Below, piece by piece: positions 52,791 through 64,000 of a stretch of DNA of 64,000 nt. The translations under genes and the position numbers were made by a program. The notes under the pieces are model-generated. The model ran no database searches. It had not been told where the DNA came from and was given only the letters and a program-made list of their open reading frames with translations. The first letter of the stretch is position 1, and each line of letters opens with the position of its first letter. This stretch comes from Octopus vulgaris (lineage: Eukaryota): the NCBI GenBank assembly GCA_951406725.2, contig OX597822.1:58404001-58468000 (forward strand), written 5' to 3'.

Positions 52791-52844
<54 letters not shown>

Positions 52845-52850
52845 TATATA

Positions 52851-54455
52851 CCGTGTTTCCTGGAAAATATAACCTAGCCAAAAAGGCATCAGCTTGTTAG
52901 CAAGACCATGTGATGTTTGCAAAATAAACCAACTACCGCAACTTGGCTAAAGTCCGCGTTGAGCGCGCATGCACGGGGCTGACTCCCTTAGCTTGACTCC
53001 ATTGTCCCCTAGGCAAGATGAGTGCAAAAAGAAAGAGTTATTTCGTGGAGTACAAGAAAGGAATCGTGGAAGAGTCACATAAGAATCTTACAGCTTTCTG
53101 TAAGGAGAAGAGTTTGGATCTCCGAATGGTTTGAAAATGGTGAACAGAGTACGATAATCTCAGCAGACAGGTGGATGAGGGAAGTGCTAAGAAGCACAAG
53201 TGTGTATCAGGTCGATAACCGTTATTTTCGGAGCTGGAAGATATCGCCTCGGGATGGATTGCTGACAGAAGAACAAAGGCTTTGGTTGTACGCAGGGCAG
53301 ATATTCAAGAATTTGCTTTTGCAATGGTACCACAGTTGGATATACTCCCAGAGATATTCAAAGCATCACCTCATTGGTTGGATAATTTCTTTCGGCGATA
53401 TGAACTCTCTTTCTCTAAGAAGATTGACAACACTGTTCAAGCTAGAGGATGCTGAAGTGATTCAACGTGCACTTGCATTCAAGTCCTTTGTTGATGGCAT
53501 CGACTTTTCTAAATACAATCTCCCCAGTATAATTGTTATGGATGAGACTGCAGTATTTGCGGTCCAAGGATCTAAAATGACATCAGTGGGTTACAAAAGT
53601 GCAAGAGTTACTTGTATTTTAGCAACACGTTTTGATGGAACAAAGGGCAAAAAAGAGAAAATAGAACAAGTTTCAGGCATTTATGTTCTTGAAATGGAAA
53701 AGACTTGATGCACACAAGCTGTTATAAGAAAATGGGCTGATTTAACTATGCCACTTGGTTCTCAAAGAGGTCTTTTAGTTTCGGATTCGGCCAGTACTCA
53801 TTGCACAAAAGATATGAAAACCTTCCTTTCTGAAAGAAGAATTGACCACATAACGATTCCCAAGGGAATTACTTCATATTTACAAATATTAGATCTTGTA
53901 ACAAACAATTCCTTTAAGGATTATTTGCGGAGGGAAGTGAATGGATATATCGAACATAGAATGGAGAGAAATCAGTGTGGAAACTTTGTCAAACCCAACT
54001 TCCAAGAAATTGTAAATTGGGTGAAGAATTCATGGAATAAAATTACCGACAGTTGCGTTGCCAATGCACTACGAGTAGGGCACTTGGACAAAAAGTGTAC
54101 ATTTAAGGAAAGTTATATTGTCAAACATGAGAGATTGGGGTCCATGATTCTACAGGAAATAGATTTGCAAGAAATTCAGTCTGAAGTTAGGGGTTTGATG
54201 ATTCATGACATTCCAGAAGAGGACAAAATGTTTGTACTTGACTAAAAACAATAAGCAAATAAGTAAACTTTTGATAACTAAAAACATGGGTTTCCTTTTT
54301 ACAGTTCTTTCCTTTTACACGAGGACATGAGACTTTTTTGTGTTTCTTGGATTTTTTCCACAAAAAATATAAGACATTCCCGAAAATAAGCCCTAGTGCG
54401 GTTTTTGGATGCAAAATTAATTATAAGACTGGGTCTTATTTTCGGGGAAACACGG
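52851..54455 (+). mobile_element. pogo-family DNA transposon, both ends present, defective
   Basis: TA TSDs; TIR CCGTGTTTCC(T/C)(G/C)GAAAAT. Transposase from ATG 53018 (MSAKRKSY) with IVMDETAV, LVSDSASTH and YLQILDL motifs; frameshifted. Confidence 0.9.
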
Positions 54456-55541
54456 TATGTATGTTTGAAGAGTTTTTCTTCGTGGATATGGCATGAAAAA
54501 GAAGACAAGAAAAAAAAAAAAACAAAGTTGGTTTAGTTGCAGCTGCACCCTATTTGGTGTGGTGCCTGAATCGATTTAATCGAGAGGGAGAGGGAAGAGA
54601 AGAGTGTGGGGGATGGAGGAGGAGAATGGGTGGCGTGTCGGAAACGGGAGTGTTTGAGGAATGGGGTAGACGTGGAAAGGAGATGGGAGATCTGAAAGAG
54701 AGAAAGAGAAAGAGAAGAAAGAGATTTCACTGGGTTTGTTCGCGAAGAATTCGTACGTGGATGTTAATGTTTGAACCTAGCAAGTAAAATGGTCAAATAA
54801 AGAAATAAATAAATAAATATTTTTTTATACAATATAATATAGGGCACAGCTTGTAGTTATCTCTTGTTTCGTTTCAACTTAAACCCCGGATACAAGGTAT
54901 TGGCTTTAACCTCACACCTTCCTTCTCCTGTCCCTTCCCATTGCTTCTACTCGCCTATCTCCTGCTACGCCAACGCGTATATATTACAAGTTAAATCAGT
55001 TCAGAAGGAAACGATAACTGAATGCATGGTTTTGTCCTCTACTTGCTAACTTTTCTGGCTAAATTCACTAGACCTTGTTAGATTCCACTTAGTTGACCCT
55101 CCTCAGAGAACCCCGAAGCTGGTTATTTCTAGGCAGATTCTTATAATTCTTTCTTCTTTTCCTTTGTTGGATTACTTTTTCAGACACGCACCGCAGAAAT
55201 AGCGTGCGACAGCTTAAGTATTCAATCTAGTGGAAGAAAAATAAAATGAAATAAAACATAAATAAGTAAAGTAGAATAAAATAAAATAAGAGCAATGCCG
55301 ATAGAAAACAAACCAGAAGTATGTTGGGCATGAATTTCCTTTCGCGAATCGTCCTGGGGTGTGTGTGTGTATGTGATTTTGTGTGTATATACATACATAC
55401 ATACATACATACATATGTTGTTCAACGTATATAGATGGACGTGTCTGCGCGCATGTGTCTATATATGTATATATATATATATGTATGTATATGTATATGT
55501 AATATATATGTATGTAATATATATATTTTGTTCAATGTATA

Positions 55542-55985
55542 GGCGTAGGAATGGCCGTGGTAAGTAGCTTGCTTACCAGCCACATGGTTCCGAGTTCAGT
55601 CCCACTGCAGGGTACCTTGGGCAACTGTCTTCTACTTTAGCCTCGAGCCGACCAAAGCCTTGTAAGTGGATTTGGTAGACGGAAACTAAAAGAAGCCCGT
55701 CGTATATATGTATGTGTATATATATACATATATGCGTGTGTGTCTGTGTGCGTGTGTGTGTGTCTGTGTGTCTGTGTATGTTTGTGTGTCTGTGTTTGTC
55801 CCTACCAACATCGCTTGACAACCGATGCTGGTGTGTTTACGTCCCCGTAACCTAGCGGTTCGGCAAACAGACCGATAGAATAAGTACTAGGCTTCCAAAG
55901 AATAAGTCCTGGGGTCAATTTGCTCGACTAAAGGCGGTGCTCCAGCATGGCCACAATCAAATGACTGAAACAAAAGAGTAAAAGA
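55542..55985 (+). mobile_element. SINE family A
   Basis: Family match. Confidence 0.85.
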
Positions 55986-57061
55986 GAAAGAGCATATAGC
56001 AATGTATATATGTGTGTGTGTGTGTGTATGTATATATGTATGCATGTACGTTTGTAATTATGTATGTATGTATGTATGTATGCATGTGTAAGTACATTAA
56101 ACAATGATTGAACTCAATGGAAAAAATCAATGAAGTTGAAGAAAAGTAGTGAATTTATTTGGTAATTTGTAACAAAATATCATTGATGGCAAAGAGTATC
56201 AGATGTCGTTAAATTTGAGGCCAACGACGTAAGGTATTCATCACTCATGTTCTAAATAACTACTTTCCTCTTACAATGAAAGGGGTCATCATATTGGAAT
56301 GAGTGGGTGAAGCAAGACACAGCTAACTCACAGTTTAGTCTAGTGGACGTTTAACACCGGATACGTTAACATATTTTTGTTTTTTAAATTCATTTTCCTG
56401 TTTGGAACCTCTTTTGATGTAGACAGAAAATAGAGCATCACTTTTTCTTAACTTCCTTTGAAAAATCAAGTTACAGCAGTTTTCATTTGATTCAACGGGA
56501 CTGTTGTTGTTGTTGTTTGTTGTTGGTGGTGGTGGTGGTGGTGGTGGTGGCGGTGATGTGGCGGTGATAGTGGTGGTTGTATTTAGCCCTGGGTTGAATC
56601 CTGATCGCACAGACACTACGATCAATTAAATGTTCTTTAATTCTTTTTCTTTAAGTCATCACATCTGCGGCCCGTGTTCGAGCGAACGAGCTCTGACTTC
56701 ATGTGATCTCATTTCTTTTAAATTTGTGTTTCTCAGACATCTTTTATCCCACGCCCCACTTCGTATCTTCAAAAAAAAAAAAAAAACATGCGTGCCCCAC
56801 TGAGAATGAACGAAGTGTGCAGCATATGTGTGTGTTTGTGTGTGCGTGTAGATATACTATGTATATCTATACGCACACATATACATGTATGTATGTATGT
56901 CTAAACTTTATTGCAAGTGTTATTGACTTCTTACACCTCATTCGAAAATAATCCACACTTAACCAAAATATTTCCACACACAGACTAATGGAGCGAGCAA
57001 CCCGCGCTGGGATACTGCTTTAAGCGATGGCACAAAGCTTTGTCTTCAACGTGAAAATATT

Positions 57062-57425
57062 GACAGACGTGACTGTATGGTAAGCTTGCTTCCCGTCCAC
57101 AAGATACTGAGTTCAGTCCCACAGCGTGACACCTCGGGCTAGTTCTTCTACTACAGTCCCGGACCGACCAAAGCCTTGTGAGTGGATTTAGTGGACGGAA
57201 ACTGAAAGTATCCCGTCGCGCGCGCGTGTGTGCCTTTGTGTCTGTGTCTGTTGCCCATTGCTCTTTGACAATCGATGTTGCTGTATTTACGACCTCGTAC
57301 CTTAGCGTCTCGGCAAAAAACGACCGAAAGAGTAAGTACCAGTTTTTAAAAAAATAAGTGCTGGGTTGATAGGTTCGACTAAAATTCAACACGGCGGCAA
57401 TCTAATGACTGAAACAAGTAAAAGA
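57062..57425 (+). mobile_element. SINE family A, diverged
   Basis: Colinear with the family pattern. Confidence 0.75.
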
Positions 57426-58380
57426 TAGATAAAAAATATAAAATATATATTAAAATAAAGGATCCGTTAAAGAGAATCTTCACATGGGTTCATTGAAGAC
57501 CAACTCCAATATATTGCTTCAATAAAGACTACTTTGCTACTGTCTTGGTTTAATAACCAAGGCACTACAAGATAACATCCTCACATTGATAAAAAAAAAT
57601 CTAATACGTTGTAAAGGCGTATGGCCTAGTGTTTAGAGTGTTGTCCTCGCAATTTTATGGACGTGGGTTCGATTCCTGGATCATGCAGCACTTCATTTAA
57701 CCTTTTCACCTGTCACATTCTAGATCGGCAATCTGGCGACTGTATGCGGCCCATAGAACTCTCTAAATGGAGCACCCAAACGAAAAATTACTTGATTTTT
57801 ATTTTGGTTAGTAGTGTGACCCGCTAAATGATGAACCATAAGGTTACCCATATCTGTTGTAGATGTTTCATGGGTGTCGAAGCGATCGCAGAGCAAAGTG
57901 AGATGAAGTGTTTTGCTCAAGAATACAATGCACTACCCGGTCCATGAACTGAAACTACGACCTCGCGATCATGGATGAAACCACTAGGCTATGCTCACAC
58001 ACACACACACACGCACACACACATGTCTCTGTGTGTGTGTCTGTGTTTGTGTCATGTTTGTTCCCCACCACAGCTTGACAACCAATGTGGGTTTGTTTAC
58101 GTCCTAGTAACTTAGCTGTTCGGCAAAAGAGACCGATAGAATAAATAACATTCTGAAAAAGAAAAAGAAAAAAGAAAAAAAGAAAACGTAAGTAGTGGGG
58201 CCGAGCTTTTCGATTAAATCCTTCAGAACCATGCCCCAGCATGGCCGCAGTCAAATGGCTAAAACAATTAAAGGATAAAAGATAAGGAAAACTTTCGAAA
58301 GCTAAAGCTGTCTTAAATAAAGCGTCTTATATTCAGCGATGTCTTTTTTATTTTTATCTGGCTATTTTAAACAATTAGAC

Positions 58381-59023
58381 CAGTGGTTCCTATTTCACTC
58401 CGGATGGACCCTCCTAGCCATTCAAAGTTTAAGAAATTCTAGGCGCAGGAGTGGATGTGTGGTAAGTAGCTTGCTTACCAGCCTCATGGTTCCGGGTTCA
58501 GTCCCACTGCATGGCACCTTAGGCAAGTGTTTTCTACTATAGCCACGGGCCGACGAAAGCCCTGTAAGTGGATTTGGTAGATGGAAACTGAAAAGAAGCC
58601 CGTCGTATATATGTTTATGTATGTATGTATGTGCGTGTATATGTTTGTGTGTCTGTGTTTGTCCCACCAACATCGCTTGACAACCGATGATGGTGTGTTT
58701 ACGTCCCCGTAACCTAGCGGTTCGGCAAAAGATACCGATAGAATAAGTACTAGGCTTACGAAGAATAAGTCCTGGGTTCGATTTGCTCGAATAAAGGGGG
58801 TACCCCAGCCCAGCATCGTCGCGTTCAAATGACCGAAACAAGTAAAAGAATGAAAAAAGAGTATATTTTTATAATTAATTATTATTCGGGATTGTATTAC
58901 AAAAATACGTTAAAATGGTTTGAGCATTATAGAAGTAAAACCAATTTATTGCAGATAAATTTTAACCACAAAATCTTCTAAGGGACCCCCAAGGACCATA
59001 TGGACTCCGGTTGAGAACCCCTG
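58381..59023. mobile_element. hAT-type MITE containing a SINE A (58442-58862)
   Basis: CAGTGGTTC...GAGAACCCCTG ends; 8-bp TSD AATTAGAC/CATTAGAC. Confidence 0.75.
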
Positions 59024-59761
59024 CATTAGACAGCGAAATCTTCCTACAAACAATATTTGCGACAAATTTCTGTCAACAACGAGACACACTTCTATTTTAT
59101 TTCTTACTCAGAGGATCGTCTTACTGAGATAAACTTTATTTCTTAACTTGAATTGCAATGAAAACTTTGAATAGCTTAAATGTTTAAATAATCTAACATA
59201 TATTTTCTGTCCGTTGTCTTTTCCCCCTTTTATTCATTGTTACTGCATATTCACTGCGTAATAATAGCTTGTCTAGCTTTTCTTAATGCATCGAAATGTG
59301 TTAGTCTCATTTACGCAATTTTCATGCGTAATACAACCTAATCACTTGTCATCAACAAGTCACACAATCCTCATATGACACCACTCCTCACTCTTCTTTT
59401 TATCTTCTGCACACAATCCTTATACCCACGCAACCTTAACACTCTGCCGGGCATGCATTTCACCCTGAAATAAAATCTCGAAGGCGTCCTATAATTGGTG
59501 AGATAGCAACTTAATCACATTTAGCAGCGCAGGGGCACTGACATTGTGCATCTTACGAATACATATTCCCAACTTTACACTCGAGTCGTATACAAAACAA
59601 GCTTAGTTGATCGACGATAACGTCACGCAGCGGCATGATACGATATATTTTTTTAAATTATTCGTAACCATCTTTGTCATTTAAAAGTCATATAATGTTT
59701 TTTTTGTTGTTTTTTTTTAAACCCAATTCACTAGAATTTAACGTGTAATACAGATAAATTC

Positions 59762-60075
59762 GGTACTTGTATCGCAGAGTGGTCCCGGTTTGCACACACG
59801 CGCAGACGCGCGTCCGCGCTAGCCAGACCTAGGCAGTCGATCCTACGAGCTGACTGGCGCATGCACGATATATACTTGTATCGATATATACTTGTATATA
59901 TACGATATATACTTGGGGACGTGCGATACAAGTATATATCGTATATATACAAGTATATATCGTATATATCGTGCATGCGCCAGTCAGCTCGTAGGATCGA
60001 CTGCCTACGTCTGGCTAGCACGGACGCGCGTCTGCGCGTCTGCGCAAACCGGGACCACTCTGCGATACAAGTACC
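59762..60075. mobile_element. Palindromic MITE with 9-bp TSD (Merlin- or MULE-like)
   Basis: TSD GATAAATTC at 59753-59761 and 60076-60084; GGTACTTGTATCGCAGAGTGGTCCCGG arms nearly span the element. Confidence 0.85.
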
Positions 60076-60661
60076 GATAAATTCTGTTTGAGTTTTGGGG
60101 GTTATGTACGATTGAACAAATGGACCGTCTTCAGCATGTGACAGGGAAATCAGTTACAGAAAGTTATTGGTTTTATACACGTTAGTAATGTTCTGCAAAA
60201 TATTCCTTAAATAGCAGAAAATTCTCAAATTTTAATATGCTGATGAGCCTACAATGAAAAAGTATTTATATTGGAAAAGTAATTTATTTTAGAACCTTTG
60301 TTAGGAACTCTGATAGCAATTTCAAAACTACATATTTTACAAATATAATAATTCTTCTTGCAAAACTTCAACAAAAGGCTCAATAAGAATGAATTCAAAC
60401 TTAAAGTGACAATATGACAAAATATAAAAATGTCTTAAACAAAATGACATTTGTGTGTGCATGATACAGCCAAAGTGAGTGAGAGAGAGAGAGAGAGAGC
60501 GTGTGTGTGTTTGCACGCACGGATGTGTGTGCGCGTGTAATTTTTTTTTTATGTTTTAATATTGCTCTAAACTTGAATGTATTTATTTTTAAAGCCTTGC
60601 ACACACAAATAACCAGATAGCTGCGTAATTTTTCAGCAGGCGATTTATTAACTGAGTGAGT

Positions 60662-60732
<71 letters not shown>

Positions 60733-60789
60733 TGGTTGAGACTGCACGGAGGCTAATGAAACCCATTAACGGTAAAATCCTGAATCCAG

Positions 60790-61055
60790 GTTTAAAAAAA
60801 GTCACAGATAAAAAAAGGGCACAGGAAAAAAAAGTCACGAGAAAAATAAAGTCACATGGATTTTGTCCGGGGGTGGTGTTGTCCGAGGGTGTTTTGTCCT
60901 ACGTGGGGTTTTTCCGAATCCCATAAATTAATTGTTACTTTTTACCTGTGACTTTATTACCAGCCACCATAAATTAATTTTGACTTTTTTTCTTAGCCAA
61001 AATTGTGACTTTATTACTGTGACGTTTTTTTCCTGTGACTTCATTACTGGTCACC
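60790..61055. repeat. Inverted arrays of AAAAAAGTCAC / GTGACTTT motifs, probably MULE-type subterminal repeats
   Basis: Motif repeated about 4 times on each strand; ends in GGTCACC. Confidence 0.5.
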
Positions 61056-61257
61056 AAAATGCTGACACCTCGACTGCTGAATCAGCATTTTCTTCCTTAA
61101 GAATAGTTAACTGAGTCGACAGAGCGTCGGACAAAATACTTTGTGGTGATTAGTTACAATGTTTTTATATTTTGAATTGAAATTCCATCCAGATCAATTA
61201 TAATTTTTGGAGAGGACTAAAATAATATCTGTAAAGTCCTGGCTTATCAATATAAAT

Positions 61258-61873
61258 CAGTGCTCCCGCAACCTTTTTTTCTTACTTGCGGTACACTTAC
61301 ATTCTTTTCAAAATTCGGCGGCTCACCTGAACGAAAAATATAACTAAAGTATACTCTCTTTTACTCTTTTACTTGTTTCAGTCATTTGACTGTGGCTATG
61401 CTGGAGCACCGCCTTTAGTCGTGCAAATCGACCCCAGGACTTATTCTTTGTAAGCCTAGTACTTATTCTATCAGTCTGTTTTGCCGAATCGCTAAGTTAC
61501 GGAAACGTAAACACACCAGCATCGGTTGTCAAGCGATGTTGGGTGGGGGTGGGGGGGGCAAACATAGACAGACAAACGTATACACACACATATATATATA
61601 TACATATATACGACGGGCTTCTTTCAGTTTCCGTCTATCAAATCCACTCACAAGGCTTTGGTCGGCCCGAGGCTATAGTAGAAGACACTTGCCCAAAGTG
61701 CCACGCAGTGGGACTGAAGCCGGAACCATGTGGTTCGTAAGCAAGCTACTTACCACACAGCCACTCCTACGCCTATAATAGGGGAAAAAATTATATTCAG
61801 GTTCCACTGCGGCACACCTAGCATCTCCTCGTGGCACACCAGTGTACCGCAGCATACCGGTTGCGGAGCACCG
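61258..61873. mobile_element. hAT-type MITE containing a SINE A (61352-61774, minus)
   Basis: Perfect 8-bp TSD ATATAAAT; TIRs CAGTGCTCCCGCAACC / GGTTGCGGAGCACCG. Confidence 0.85.
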
Positions 61874-62804
61874 ATATAAATATAATATAAACTGTAGCTT
61901 GTGGCTGGTGCTCCAATATCTATCTATCCACCTTCTCCGTCCACTGTTCCTGAGACAGTCGTGTGGGTTGAGGACTCGGGGGCCTATCAGAAGCAATTCC
62001 CATTAGATTTTCCGGCTTGATTCCTATGAGTGACCAACAAATTCTATGGATATTATTCAATCATCTCGTCCTTGGTTTACCCCTAGATATCCTACCAGTT
62101 TGCTTAGTTCTGGTGGATTTGCTTTGCAATCATTTCCCTGCGACATTCTAATCTCATATCAAGAGTATTGGAGCCATGACCTCTCAAAACGGAGAAGTAG
62201 TGCTTCGATCTGGAGAGACTCTATGATCTCTGAGGCCAAACACCCTGTCGAGTAACGTTACTCAGGAGATCCTTTGCAGGAACCCCACTTCGGCTACTAG
62301 CATCCAAGATCGTACTCTTTCGGCCACTCACTAACACCGGTTGTCAAGTGGTGGTGGTGGTGGTGGTGGGAGCATAGACAGACACAAAGACGCACGCACT
62401 CACACACGCACACACACACACATTTTTATATATACACATATACGACGAGCTTCTTTCAGTTTCCGTCTACCAAATCCACTCACAAGGCTTCGGTCGGCCC
62501 GAGGCTAGAGTAGAGGACAGTAGCCGAAGATACCACGCAGTAGGACTGAACCCGGAACTATTTGGTTGAGAAGCAAGTTTCTTGCCACACAGCCACGCAT
62601 GCGCCTATATACATGTTTTAATTTATGTATGCGTGTGCTATATGATAAATATGAAACCTATTAATGTCTTTCAGTGTCTGAATGGAAGCATAAATGCCCG
62701 GAACGATCATTATTTCTCTATTTATCTCTTATTATAAATCTAATATAAAACCACCAGTTCTCTCTAGCTTTTATAAGCACACGTCTATGTGATCGTGTGT
62801 GTGT

Positions 62805-62846
<42 letters not shown>

Positions 62847-63158
62847 GAGGGGCATGGATGTGTGTGTGTGTGCGCGCGTATCTACATACATACATGTATA
62901 CGCACATACGCGTATACACACAACAGTATAGCAAAGCGAAATTTCTGCTGTTGTTGTTGTTGTAACTGGTGTTGCGGTTCTGTTACTGACGTTGGCGATG
63001 TCCTTATTGCTGTTACCCTTTAAATACACTAATTATTAATTAATAATTATTGCCAGAAGCAAGGCAGACATCGAGGAAGTGTGCGGAGTCGGAAGTGGGA
63101 AGTGGAAAGTCACACGCGTCGTCCATGACAGTTTCAAGTTATAACGGGCGAATCGGGG

Positions 63159-63443
63159 TATGTATGTATGTATGTATGTATGTATGTATGTATGTATGTA
63201 TGTATGTATGTATGTATGTATGTATGTATGTATGTATGTATGTATGTATGTATGTATGTATGTATGTATTGTGTGTATGTATGTATTGTGTGTATGTATG
63301 TATGTATGTATGTATTGTGTGTATGTATGTATGTATGTATGTATGTATGTATGCATGTATGTATGTATGTATGTATGTATGTATGTATGTATGTATTGTG
63401 TGTATGTATGTATGTATGTATGTATGTATTGTATGTATGTATG

Positions 63444-63477
<34 letters not shown>

Positions 63478-63870
63478 TGTATGTATGTATGTATGTATGT
63501 ATGTATGTATTGTGTGTATGTATGTATTGTGTGTATGTATGTATGTATGTATGTATGTATGTATGTATGTATGTATGTATGTATGTGTGTATGTATTGTG
63601 TGTATGTGTGTGTGTGTATAGACGGACGGACGTTTGTATGTATATATGAAACTGAAAGAAATGTGTGTACGTATGTATGGATGGATGGATGGTGGATGGA
63701 TTGATGGATGGATGAATGGATGGACGGATGAATGGATGGATGGATGGATGGTGGATGAATGTGTGTATGTATATATGGATGTGTGTATGTATATCTGATG
63801 GACGGGTGGTTGGATGGATGGATGTTTGTATTTATGTATGGATGGATTCATGGATAAATGTATGTAGGTA
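63159..63870. repeat. Long (TATG)n and (GGAT)n microsatellite block
   Basis: Directly visible. Confidence 0.95.
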
Positions 63871-64000
63871 GGTATGTTTTATACATGTGTGCACGTGAGT
63901 ATTTTCTCATTGTTTCGTTTCCCCACGAAACTTTGTTATATAGAGCTGAGTCAAATTGTTATTGCACGCACGCACACACACACACTCTCTCTCTCTCACA

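Noticed and set aside
57614-57690. tRNA-like sequence with A and B boxes (similar heads at 16481, 37480-37536, 4500-4560)
   Set aside because: No intact cloverleaf or acceptor stem; these are SINE heads.
61536-61778. Recurrent ORF peptide RRASFSFRLPNPLTRLWSARGYSRRHLPKVPRSGTEPGTMW (also at 23616, 31881, 35653, 36364, 51856)
   Set aside because: Antisense translation of SINE A, not a protein family.
63036-63851. Long His/Thr/Tyr/Ile or Met/Tyr/Val/Cys ORFs
   Set aside because: Stop-free frames through (TATG)n and (GGAT)n microsatellites.

Overview
Eukaryotic, very repeat-rich, AT-rich DNA. The tRNA-derived SINE families and the microsatellite density point to an octopus or other coleoid cephalopod genome (inference). 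The only host gene I can support is tRNA dimethylallyltransferase (TRIT1/MiaA family) on the minus strand: coding exon 1 at 15953-15825 and exon 2 at 9637-9497. The intron after exon 2 starts with a U12-type (minor spliceosome) donor, GTATCCTTT, and runs out of the window. The rest is transposon debris: at least four SINE families, RTE-type LINEs, LINE ORF1 remnants, two Ty3/Gypsy remnants, a Penelope-like element, Tc1 and two pogo/Tigger transposons, and many MITEs with readable TIRs and TSDs (piggyBac-, hAT-, Merlin/MULE-, Kolobok-like). The most notable signal is a ~240-nt GC-richer insert at 20281-20518. It carries a type I hammerhead ribozyme motif with a GUC cleavage site plus tetraloop hairpins, and resembles a non-LTR retrozyme. 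Most ORFs in the supplied track are artefacts of microsatellites or antisense SINEs. All calls were made by eye, and repeat boundaries without a TSD are approximate.
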